Translations under genes and position numbers: made by a program
DNA from: Patescibacteria group bacterium
Lineage (GTDB): Bacteria; Patescibacteriota; Minisyncoccia; Phycocordibacterales; Phycocordibacteraceae
DNA length: 58,663 bases
NCBI GenBank assembly: GCA_038062735.1
Contig: JBBTWN010000002.1
Span: 1 to 58,663, forward strand
Direction of reading: 5' to 3'
The notes under the pieces: generated by a model
Seen by the model: the letters and a program-made list of their open reading frames with translations, nothing else
Told to the model about the DNA's origin: nothing
Database searches by the model: none
Shown: positions 24,713 to 31,413 of the stretch, in pieces
Layout of the letters: the number at the start of each line of letters is the position of its first letter
Numbering within the stretch: the stretch's first letter is position 1

Positions 24713-25993
24713 ATGGAAAATGAGATTAAAAAAATTTCCGATTCGCCAGTCTATTTTTTGGGATTGTGCGAAAGGTTTAATGAGCCAACCATAGGAAATG
24801 TTGGCGAGCATAAAATCAAAAGAACTGACTTAATTGGGCTTAGATTTATTTTTCTTTCCTCGATCTTTCCATTTTCTTCAGAGAGCTTTTATCTCACTTT
24901 TTTGCTTGACAACCATTTTGTATCAGACGGGGGCAGTCTCACATTAAAAGTTAGACATCGCGATAGCGGTGAAGAGGTGGGTAGTATTTCGATTACGGCT
25001 CATGTACTAGGTGCAGGAAATAGGCTTGCGTCGCGCTTCACCCTTGGCGCAGCAAAAATTCCTGGGAATTATCCTTTGCCGGGAAGCTACGAAGTCTTTT
25101 TAAAATCCAGTGATAGTGAGGTTGTAGTTGGTGGGTTTGATTTGATTCATATACCCGCACTCCCCCTAACTCCAGAAAGAGTGAAAGCACTCAAGTCAGA
25201 TCCCACAGCAGCAAAATACATTCGTTTCGAACTCACCTGCAATGATTGTCATGATTCAATAAAAGCATGGGTTGGGATAAATGGTAAGGAAGATAACAAG
25301 AATGAGGATGGGTATATTTGGTATGAGGATCTTCCGGAAGACTTCGTTTGTTCTTGCGGGAGGATAAAAAGGAGTTTAAAATATCTCAGAGAAAATCTAC
25401 ACGGGATTCTAGGGCATAAACCATCCCCATTTTCTTCCGAAGAAGAGATCGAAAGAAATTATACAAGTGCAGCATTAAAAACTACGCTTCGTGACTTTGA
25501 GGAGGTAATTGAGCATTCGAAAACCGAGGAGGAGATTCAAAAATTTATTGAACTGCATCCAATAGTGTTAGCGTGCTTTTCGCCAGAATTTCTCAAATTT
25601 AAAGCTCCCGCTACTGCTAAATTTAAAACTGATTTTGCACTTCTAAATCAAAAGGGCGAGCTGGTTTTGATTGAGATCGAGAAAGCGAATACCCCGCTCT
25701 TCACCAAGATGGGCACACAGCACTCAAAACTCACTCAAGCAATTGGTCAGGTAGAGGACTGGCTTAAAGAGGCAAGGAGAAACAAACTTGGCGTTATCGA
25801 TGATTTAGGTATTAATGGGGTGAGCATCGACATGGTGACAGCCGTCAAGGGAGTGGTTATCGCAGGTAGATCCTTGAAAAAATATGACACACACATTGAA
25901 AAACTTCATGCGCGCCAAGATATCAGCTTCTTTACTTTTGACGACCTTTTAAAGTCTTTGAGGAATATCGTTTTAAGAGTTGAAGAAATATAG
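24713..25993 (+). CDS. Shedu-like protein: unrecognised N-terminal region + C-terminal DUF4263 / PD-(D/E)xK nuclease domain
   Basis: C-terminal blocks: 'EEEIQKFIELHPIVLACF', 'KTDFALLNQKGELVLIEIEKANTPLF', 'LTQAIGQVEDWL', 'VVIAGRS', 'ISFFTFDDLL'. A four-Cys cluster CNDC...CSCG sits at about residues 177-216. The gene is visibly AT-richer than its flanks. Confidence 0.6.
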   Translation: MENEIKKISDSPVYFLGLCERFNEPTIGNVGEHKIKRTDLIGLRFIFLSSIFPFSSESFYLTFLLDNHFVSDGGSLTLKVRHRDSGEEVGSISITAHVLGAGNRLASRFTLGAAKIPGNYPLPGSYEVFLKSSDSEVVVGGFDLIHIPALPLTPERVKALKSDPTAAKYIRFELTCNDCHDSIKAWVGINGKEDNKNEDGYIWYEDLPEDFVCSCGRIKRSLKYLRENLHGILGHKPSPFSSEEEIERNYTSAALKTTLRDFEEVIEHSKTEEEIQKFIELHPIVLACFSPEFLKFKAPATAKFKTDFALLNQKGELVLIEIEKANTPLFTKMGTQHSKLTQAIGQVEDWLKEARRNKLGVIDDLGINGVSIDMVTAVKGVVIAGRSLKKYDTHIEKLHARQDISFFTFDDLLKSLRNIVLRVEEI

Positions 25994-26084
25994 TCGTTCA
26001 AAGTAAATCAAATCACCGTGTCGAATGGTAAGCTCAAAACTTGTGACTATCTAACCTGGAAAATTTTAAGATTAAGTAGGCAGA

Positions 26085-26501
26085 TTATTTAGGTTCTAGA
26101 TCACTGTCATTTATCTCGTTGAGTATTTTTTCGAGAGTTTGGTTGTCTCGATAGTAGACATTTATTGACTCTTCAAATAGCCGGTCGATAGCAAAAATCG
26201 AAGTTACAAGTAGGCCAACCACAACTAGGGGATAGATCACTTCATAGCCCTTGAACCAGTCATGAACAATATTTACAAGGAGCCCAATGAGTAGGGCGAT
26301 AACAGCTGCAAGAAAAAAGAGACCAAACTCGAAAGAGCGATTACGCATAGCGCTGACAATAGCCGGAAAGGTGGTGGGCGAATTGTTAAGTGATTTGTTG
26401 GACCAAGCGACCACTTGATCTTGCACTTCAGGAGTGAGATCTATCCACTGCTGTCCATATACTCTTTTAAGTCTCTTTTTTAGTTCGTCGTTATCAGTCA
26501 T
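26085..26501 (-). CDS. Two-TM membrane protein of unknown function, convergent with the Shedu-like gene
   Basis: 'FEFGLFFLAAVIALLIGLLVNIV' and 'IYPLVVVGLLVTSIFAI' helices. Start taken at MTDNDELKK (26501), which has a TAGTGT -10 box 7 nt upstream on the minus strand. The track start 26537 is also possible. Confidence 0.5.
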   Translation of the reverse strand: MTDNDELKKRLKRVYGQQWIDLTPEVQDQVVAWSNKSLNNSPTTFPAIVSAMRNRSFEFGLFFLAAVIALLIGLLVNIVHDWFKGYEVIYPLVVVGLLVTSIFAIDRLFEESINVYYRDNQTLEKILNEINDSDLEPK

Positions 26502-26508
26502 ATACGCC

Positions 26509-26514
26509 ACACTA
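26509..26514 (-). promoter_or_regulatory. -10 box TAGTGT (minus strand) 7 nt upstream of ATG 26501
   Basis: The reverse complement reads tagtgt-ggcgtat-ATG. Confidence 0.4.
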
Positions 26515-26621
26515 CTCCTGCGTGGCAGATAAATCAAATAGCGGCGGTGGGATCGTTAAAGGAATCGAGATCTTAAATAACTATTTTGTGAGGGCTGGAG
26601 TATGGTGTAGGTGGGACTTGC

Positions 26622-26627
26622 TATAAT
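26622..26627 (+). promoter_or_regulatory. -10 box TATAAT (TGc-extended) 6 nt upstream of ATG 26634
   Basis: tgctataat-tacaat-ATG read directly. Confidence 0.55.
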
Positions 26628-26633
26628 TACAAT

Positions 26634-27170
26634 ATGAAAAAAGGTTTGGTATGGGTGGGGGTTGGAGTTGTGGTGGTGGCGCTTGGAGTGGCGGCGGCGT
26701 TGTATGCTGAGCAGCATCCTGCTGGGCCGCTCACGGGGTATACGAGGGATTCAAACTATGAATATACGCTCGGCGTAGCGACAGGCATTGCAGGTTCGTC
26801 ATACACCATCCCCGCAGCTTTAGCTGAAGGTACAAACTTGAGTACGGACACCTATATAAGCTACGAGGAGCTGCCGAGCCCAGTCACATGCGATCCGACT
26901 GAGTTTCTAGATGGTGAGCCGGAGGTGACAGGGGTTGTCGATGGCGGCACCATGTATCTTGTCGCACACTCGGTGGGTGCGGGGGCCGGGAATAGGTATG
27001 AGGAGACAGTTTATGTGTTTAAAGACTATACGCCATGCACCGCTATCCGCTACTTCATCCACTATGGCGTTATCGAGAACTATCCAGAAGGAACAGTCAC
27101 AGAGTTCGACCACGCGACGCTCGTCGCACAGTTTGACGACATCCGTCGCCTCCTCGCCCGTAGCCGCTAA
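26634..27170 (+). CDS. Membrane-anchored extracytoplasmic protein of unknown function
   Basis: Anchor 'LVWVGVGVVVVALGVAAALY' followed by a 150-aa soluble domain. I recognise no family. Confidence 0.5.
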   Translation: MKKGLVWVGVGVVVVALGVAAALYAEQHPAGPLTGYTRDSNYEYTLGVATGIAGSSYTIPAALAEGTNLSTDTYISYEELPSPVTCDPTEFLDGEPEVTGVVDGGTMYLVAHSVGAGAGNRYEETVYVFKDYTPCTAIRYFIHYGVIENYPEGTVTEFDHATLVAQFDDIRRLLARSR

Positions 27171-27207
27171 TTTCCTTATAGGCTAATTCGCCCGAATATG
27201 TCCTATA
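27171..27207 (+). repeat. Palindromic intergenic box, copy A (core TTATAGGCTAATTCGCCCGAATATGTCCTATA at 27176-27207)
   Basis: Starts 1 nt after the stop at 27170. Identical over 37 nt to copy B. Inverted arms TATAGG/CCTATA and ATTCG/CGAAT around a CC centre. Confidence 0.9.
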
Positions 27208-27301
27208 TGCAGAAAATCGCAGGCTCGATTCGCGTCCAGACGTCCAGAATGGTTGGTATAATTACAGAAAGGAGGAATTAACTCCTAAATAACTATTTTA
27301 T

Positions 27302-27685
27302 ATGGACGTAACAATGTTTTTGGCGCAAATTTGGGGTCCGATTATGCTCGCCGTCGGCCTTGGTATTTTTTCAAGTCGTAAGCACTATGTGCACGTGTAC
27401 AAAGATTTAGATAAAGAGACGTTTGCAGTATTCACGTTCGCCATGATGGCGATCACGATTGGTATACTCCACATCAATATTCACAATGTCTGGAATACCT
27501 TGCCGCAGATAGTGGTGAGTATCCTCGGTTGGGGACTTTTGGTTAAGGGTGCAATGTTTGCTATCGCCCCGCACTATGCTGACAAGTGGGGTAACTGGGC
27601 AGCAGACTCAAAGTTCATCTCTATCGTCGGCGCAGCACTCTTGGTCATCGGCCTCTACCTCTCGTGGCTCGGCTACCTTGGCTAA
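27302..27685 (+). CDS. Four-TM membrane protein of unknown function
   Basis: Helices IWGPIMLAVGLGIFS, FAVFTFAMMAITIGILHI, IVVSILGWGLLVKGAMFAI, IVGAALLVIGLYLSWLGY. Upstream there is an extended -10 tggtataat and an AGGAGG that lies in a small hairpin (aggag-gaattaa-ctcct). Confidence 0.55.
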   Translation: MDVTMFLAQIWGPIMLAVGLGIFSSRKHYVHVYKDLDKETFAVFTFAMMAITIGILHINIHNVWNTLPQIVVSILGWGLLVKGAMFAIAPHYADKWGNWAADSKFISIVGAALLVIGLYLSWLGYLG

Positions 27686-27688
27686 ACA

Positions 27689-27985
27689 ATGTTTGAGGAC
27701 CACATCGCGTACCTAAAAGATAATCCAAAAGGATACTGGTTCAAGGCGCGTCTGTACGGCTGGGGTTGGGTGCCGGTTAGGTGGCAGGGCTGGGCGGTTA
27801 TTGGTGCATACGTTGTGCTTATGATTCTGCTCGGGCTCACCATCGACGAGGCATCGCCGCCGCGCGAGATCGCGTTCACTTTTTTCATCCCCGCAGCTAT
27901 TTTGACTGCGCTCCTCCTTCGCATCTGCTACAAAAAAGGCGAGCGACCCCACTGGCAGTGGGGCCCACCCAAATCCAAAAAATAA
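27689..27985 (+). CDS. Small two-TM membrane protein of unknown function
   Basis: 'YWFKARLYGWGWVPVRWQGWAVIGAYVVLMILLGL' and 'IAFTFFIPAAILTALLLRI'. Starts 3 nt after the previous stop. Confidence 0.5.
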   Translation: MFEDHIAYLKDNPKGYWFKARLYGWGWVPVRWQGWAVIGAYVVLMILLGLTIDEASPPREIAFTFFIPAAILTALLLRICYKKGERPHWQWGPPKSKK

Positions 27986-27996
27986 TCGCGCCCCAC

Positions 27997-28033
27997 TTTC
28001 CTTATAGGCTAATTCGCCCGAATATGTCCTATA
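27997..28033 (+). repeat. Palindromic intergenic box, copy B (core 28002-28033)
   Basis: Begins 12 nt after the stop at 27985. The 37 nt tttccttataggctaattcgcccgaatatgtcctata are identical to copy A. Confidence 0.9.
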
Positions 28034-28067
28034 GTCGGCGGACGCTTTTCTCGTATAAGCTGGAAGA

Positions 28068-28466
28068 GTGTTTACATTTATTGTCAGACGCAGAAAGGTA
28101 CGCCGGCGGCGCAAGGTGAGTGTAGCCAAGCGCAAGCACTATGTGTTGAATAAAGAAGTTGCGCGACGCGCTATTGTTGCACGCGTCGCCGAGCTTAATC
28201 AGCACTACAACTTTACGCATGGACGGATTTCAATACGTTCTCAGCGTTCGCGCTGGGGCAGCTGCTCTAAGAAGGGGAACTTGAATTTTAATTATATGAT
28301 CGCATCTCTTCCGCCCGCACTCATGGACTATGTGATTGTGCACGAGATGTGCCACCTTTCCGTCTTTAATCACTCACCATCCTTTTGGGCTAGGGTCGCG
28401 GAGCTCGTTTCAAACCACCGCGCGCTCCGTGCATCGCTGCGCACCCACGGCCACCTCATCCGCTAA
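28068..28466 (+). CDS. DUF45 / YgjP-like (M48-related) zinc metallopeptidase, short form lacking the usual N-terminal half
   Basis: 'RISIRSQRSRWGSCSKKGNLNFNYMIASLPPALMDYVIVHEMCHLSVFNHSPSFW' shows the WGSC and HExxH hallmarks of DUF45. GTG start. Basic N-terminus RRRKVRRRRKV. Confidence 0.75.
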   Translation: MFTFIVRRRKVRRRRKVSVAKRKHYVLNKEVARRAIVARVAELNQHYNFTHGRISIRSQRSRWGSCSKKGNLNFNYMIASLPPALMDYVIVHEMCHLSVFNHSPSFWARVAELVSNHRALRASLRTHGHLIR

Positions 28467-28476
28467 TCCACCCTAC

Positions 28477-28511
28477 TCCTTGTAGGCTAATTCGCCCGAA
28501 CATGTCCTGTA
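28477..28511 (+). repeat. Palindromic intergenic box, copy C (variant; core 28480-28511)
   Basis: TTGTAGGCTAATTCGCCCGAACATGTCCTGTA has three substitutions relative to A/B/D. It lies 10 nt after the stop at 28466 and directly upstream of, and in frame with, the ArsR ORF. Confidence 0.85.
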
Positions 28512-28549
28512 TGGTGGCAAAGTGTCGACCGCTGTGGTTAGATGTGGTC

Positions 28550-28819
28550 ATGGCAAAAGACAAGGATATCGAGCGAGTGTTAAAAGCTTTGGCGAATAAA
28601 AGGAGATTAATGATTGTCCGACTCCTCAAAAAGCATAAAATGATGAACGTGGGGGATATTGCCACAGAAATAAATCTTTCATTCCGCGCGACATCGCGAC
28701 ACCTCGGCGTCCTTCTTTCAGCGGGCATTTTGGAACGCGAGCAGCAAAGTCTTAACATGTTTTACCGCATACACGCGGGGCTACCTGAGATAGCTGGACG
28801 AATAATCTCCGCTCTTTAA
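28550..28819 (+). CDS. ArsR/SmtB-family winged-helix transcriptional regulator
   Basis: 'VLKALANKRRLMIVRLLKKHKMMNVGDIATEINLSFRATSRHLGVLLSAGILEREQQSLNMFYRI' is the canonical ArsR HTH_5/HTH_20 pattern. I see no obvious metal-site Cys (alpha3 CxC) or alpha5 His/Asp cluster. Start ATG 28550 preferred; the track's ATG 28502 lies inside box C. Confidence 0.75.
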   Translation: MAKDKDIERVLKALANKRRLMIVRLLKKHKMMNVGDIATEINLSFRATSRHLGVLLSAGILEREQQSLNMFYRIHAGLPEIAGRIISAL

Positions 28820-28821
28820 TT

Positions 28822-28855
28822 TGTTATAGGCTAATTCGCCCGAATATGTCCTATA
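28822..28855 (+). repeat. Palindromic intergenic box, copy D (core 28824-28855)
   Basis: Begins 3 nt after the ArsR stop at 28819. The core is identical to copies A and B. Confidence 0.9.
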
Positions 28856-29089
28856 GTGTGGGTTCATCCATATTTCACCCTGCATTGGGTATGGTTAAGG
28901 GCCTTAACAGTCGTTAACCAAACCCACCATGCATGCAAAAAAAGACAAAGATCATAGCAAAGAAGGCAATGATCAAGGTAGCAAAGGTGATTCGCCAGTT
29001 CAAAGTCCGTATCCTGACGAGCGGGAGGAAAGCTGGGCCGCGTGAAGAGCGTGAGGTCGGCGTGTAATGAATAATGAGCGTCGCTGTAG

Positions 29090-29095
29090 TATGAT
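29090..29095 (+). promoter_or_regulatory. -10 box TATGAT 6 nt upstream of ATG 29102
   Basis: gtagtatgat-ggtggc-ATG read directly. Confidence 0.45.
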
Positions 29096-29101
29096 GGTGG
29101 C

Positions 29102-29548
29102 ATGATAAAAAATCTCATCATTGCAGTCGTTGGACTCCTGATACTCGGCGGTGTGTTTGTCTATATTGTGCCCATGCTCGACGATGAGTCAGCACAGGTC
29201 GCGTGCACACAAGAGGCGATGCTCTGTCTTGATGGAAGTTATGTCGGCCGCACTGGCCCAAGCTGCGAGTTTGCTGCGTGCCCTGCGCTACCGCCTGCCG
29301 TCTATTCGTGCGACAACGACAAATCTGTCACCGTGACCTTTGCAAGTGAAACTGCAATGGTAGAACTTTCTGACGGCCGCACAATGTTGCTAACACTCAA
29401 AGAAGCCGCCTCAGGTGCAAAGTATACAAACTCTGATGAGTCATTCGTCTTTTGGACGCAGGACTATGGTGCCTTTATAGAAGAAAATGGTGTCACCACT
29501 TTCGCTGCGTGCCACATAGATGACCTCACATTTCCAGAAGTGAACTAG
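29102..29548 (+). CDS. Membrane-anchored protein with a Cys-rich mini-domain and an MliC-like (C-type lysozyme inhibitor) domain
   Basis: 'VYSCDNDKSVTVTFASETAMVELSDGRTMLLTLKEAASGAKYTNSDESFVFWTQDYGAFIEENG' fits the MliC pattern (Y.C....v.v.f...a.l.......L....SGakY......fw.kg..a). It is preceded by 'CTQEAMLCLDGSYVGRTGPSCEFAACP'. Confidence 0.55.
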   Translation: MIKNLIIAVVGLLILGGVFVYIVPMLDDESAQVACTQEAMLCLDGSYVGRTGPSCEFAACPALPPAVYSCDNDKSVTVTFASETAMVELSDGRTMLLTLKEAASGAKYTNSDESFVFWTQDYGAFIEENGVTTFAACHIDDLTFPEVN

Positions 29549-29556
29549 GAGTTGTT

Positions 29557-29585
29557 TTGACTAAGAGATAATTTTGTGTTATTGT
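29557..29585 (+). promoter_or_regulatory. Sigma-70-type promoter TTGACT-N17-TATTGT, 7 nt upstream of GTG 29593
   Basis: ttgact-aagagataattttgtgt-tattgt-ttcaagc-GTG read directly. Confidence 0.55.
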
Positions 29586-29592
29586 TTCAAGC

Positions 29593-30138
29593 GTGGAAAA
29601 ACGTCTTTCTCCTCATGCGCATCGAGAATCTGACATACACGAACATGTACAGCGCCTCGCGTTAGATGCGCTACATGACACTGTCGAAACATCCTCGACA
29701 TCTGTAGTGATGGCGACCAATAGAAAGCCGCACATTTTGACGCGCAAAAATATGATGCGCCCGATTATGTCTGACCCGCGTCGTCGCACCAAAGAAATGC
29801 TTTTGTACGAGCTCTTAGGTATCCGCGCCTTTAAAATTCTGTGGGAACTCTGGATGCGCGGTACGACATGGATCTTCAGGCAGGACAAAACCAAAATAAA
29901 ATTCTTACGTCGTGATGCGGACGAAAATTATCCCTATGCCATGTTCAGCTACATGGCCTTCATAATTCATTTTTTTAGCTTTGCAGGTATTGCAGTAATA
30001 ACCCCGTTTATGGGGCCGTGGTTCTGGCCTATGTTTGCTTTGAACATCCTTATGAATGTCTATCCGTGCATGCTCCAGCGCTACAACTGGCTGCGCCTCA
30101 AGCGTGCAAAGTTGAATCCGGATCTCTCAATAAGTTAG
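29593..30138 (+). CDS. Membrane protein with a CrtO-like (glycosyl-4,4'-diaponeurosporenoate acyltransferase family) C-terminal region
   Basis: 'FIIHFFSFAGIAVITPFMGPWFWPMFALNILMNVYPCMLQRYNWLRLKR' resembles the 'N.P.I.VQRYNRPRL' end of staphylococcal CrtO, as far as I recall that sequence. Confidence 0.4.
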   Translation: MEKRLSPHAHRESDIHEHVQRLALDALHDTVETSSTSVVMATNRKPHILTRKNMMRPIMSDPRRRTKEMLLYELLGIRAFKILWELWMRGTTWIFRQDKTKIKFLRRDADENYPYAMFSYMAFIIHFFSFAGIAVITPFMGPWFWPMFALNILMNVYPCMLQRYNWLRLKRAKLNPDLSIS

Positions 30139-30141
30139 TGC

Positions 30142-30147
30142 TAGTGT
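30142..30147 (+). promoter_or_regulatory. -10 box TAGTGT (TGc-extended) 6 nt upstream of ATG 30154
   Basis: tgctagtgt-gagcgt-ATG read directly. Confidence 0.5.
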
Positions 30148-30153
30148 GAGCGT

Positions 30154-31413
30154 ATGAGAGATGCAGATTTGTACGATGTGGCCGTTTTGGGCGGTGGAGC
30201 GTCGGGCATGTTTGCAGCTTGTATTGCTGCATCACGCGGTGCACGCGTGGTCGTCATCGATAAAAATAAGTCGCTCGGCGAGAAGCTCGCGATCACCGGT
30301 GGAGGCCGCTGTAATATCACGAACGCCGAGTATGACATCCATGCACTCCTAAAAAACTATGGCGCTGACGCCAAGTTTTTATATTCCCCCTTCTCGCAGT
30401 TTGGCGTTGAGGACACGTTTAAGTACTTTTCTGCGCGCGGGCTGCCACTCGTTATAGAGGCGAGAGGCCGCGCCTTTCCCGAGACACAAAAAGCGACCGA
30501 TGTAGTCAAAGTATTAGAAAAAGAACTTAAAAAACACAAAGTCAGCGTTGTTCGAGCCACTGTTAAACGAATTGTCAGTGATAGCGGTTTCATCGAGCGA
30601 GTTGAAACGACTGGCGGAGACATCCGTGCGCGTGCCTATATCCTCGCGACGGGTGGCGCGTCACACAAGGAGACCGGCTCCACCGGCGATGGCTTTACAT
30701 TTTTGAAAAGCATCGGACACACGGTGAAAGATCCAACACCGACCATCGTGCCACTTTCTGTCCGCGACCGGTGGATTAAGATACTCGCTGGCGTGTCGCT
30801 TAAGAAAGTCTCGATAACCTTTTTTCTCGACGACAAAAAACAGTTTTCAAAAACGGGGGATATGTTGTGTACTCACTTTGGCTTGTCTGGCCCTACGATA
30901 TTAAATAGTGCAAGCGCGGTGAGTCATTTATTAGAAGGCGGTGGCGCGGTGACGGCACGCATCGATGCGCACCCTACGCTTGACCTCGGCGCGCTTGAAA
31001 AGAAGGTGATCGCCGTCTTTGATGCAAACAAAAACAAAACGCTAAAGACGGTATTTAAAGAATTGTGTCCGGTGGGGAGCGCAAAAGGCGTCCAGACACT
31101 GCTCACGAACATTAATTTTGAAACAAAAGTGCACAGCGTGAGCAAGGATGACAGAAAAAAGATAGTGCGGCTGTTAAAAGCGCTCCCCGTTTCAATCCTT
31201 GGGCTCATGGGCTATGATCGCGCAGTCGTTGCAGATGGCGGCGTGCCCCTTTCTGAGATTGATACACGCACGATGCGCTCTTTGAAGTACGATAATTTAT
31301 TTGTGACAGGCGACTTGCTCCACATTAACCGGCCGTCCGGCGGCTACTCGCTCCAACTCTGTTGGACGACGGGGTTTGTGGCCGGCACTGCCGCGTCACT
31401 TATCAAGGCGTAG
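30154..31413 (+). CDS. HI0933/BaiN-like NAD(P)/FAD-dependent oxidoreductase
   Basis: 'YDVAVLGGGASGMFAA' dinucleotide-binding motif, 'ITGGGRCNITN', 'ILATGG.S...TGSTGDGF', and C-terminal 'LFVTGDLLHINRPSGGYSLQLCWTTG'. Confidence 0.85.
   Translation: MRDADLYDVAVLGGGASGMFAACIAASRGARVVVIDKNKSLGEKLAITGGGRCNITNAEYDIHALLKNYGADAKFLYSPFSQFGVEDTFKYFSARGLPLVIEARGRAFPETQKATDVVKVLEKELKKHKVSVVRATVKRIVSDSGFIERVETTGGDIRARAYILATGGASHKETGSTGDGFTFLKSIGHTVKDPTPTIVPLSVRDRWIKILAGVSLKKVSITFFLDDKKQFSKTGDMLCTHFGLSGPTILNSASAVSHLLEGGGAVTARIDAHPTLDLGALEKKVIAVFDANKNKTLKTVFKELCPVGSAKGVQTLLTNINFETKVHSVSKDDRKKIVRLLKALPVSILGLMGYDRAVVADGGVPLSEIDTRTMRSLKYDNLFVTGDLLHINRPSGGYSLQLCWTTGFVAGTAASLIKA

Noticed and set aside
26574-27299. 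14-nt direct repeat TAAATAACTATTTT at 26574-26587 and 27286-27299, flanking gene 26634..27170 plus box copy A. This could be a target-site duplication or att pair.
   Set aside because: An exact A/T-rich 14-mer match is close to what chance allows in 58 kb. The enclosed gene has a native-type promoter and flank-like composition, and no recombinase is nearby.
27171-28855. CRISPR array interpretation of the four 32-37-nt repeats.
   Set aside because: The 'spacers' are 440-790 bp long and contain complete protein-coding genes. The repeat spacing is irregular, and no cas genes are present in the window.
27171-28855. Integron cassette array with attC sites.
   Set aside because: The one-gene-per-repeat layout is suggestive, but the boxes are shorter than typical attC sites. 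They lack the RYYYAAC/GTTRRRY core pair, and no intI integrase or attI is visible. This idea is kept only as a remote alternative in the repeat finding.
28864-29121. Minus-strand ORF of 85 aa, and a + strand 38-codon ORF (MHAKKDKDHSKEGNDQ..., about 28929-29045), in the gap after box copy D.
   Set aside because: The minus ORF overlaps the promoter and start of 29102 and has no promoter or motif of its own. The + ORF is hydrophilic low-complexity sequence without a leaderless -10 or an SD. There is not enough evidence to call either.
31396-31413. 18-nt convergent overlap of the flavoprotein and ABC-F genes, considered as a regulatory antisense feature.
   Set aside because: Short tail-to-tail overlaps are common in compact genomes. 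There is no hairpin or other signal here, so nothing specific can be tested.
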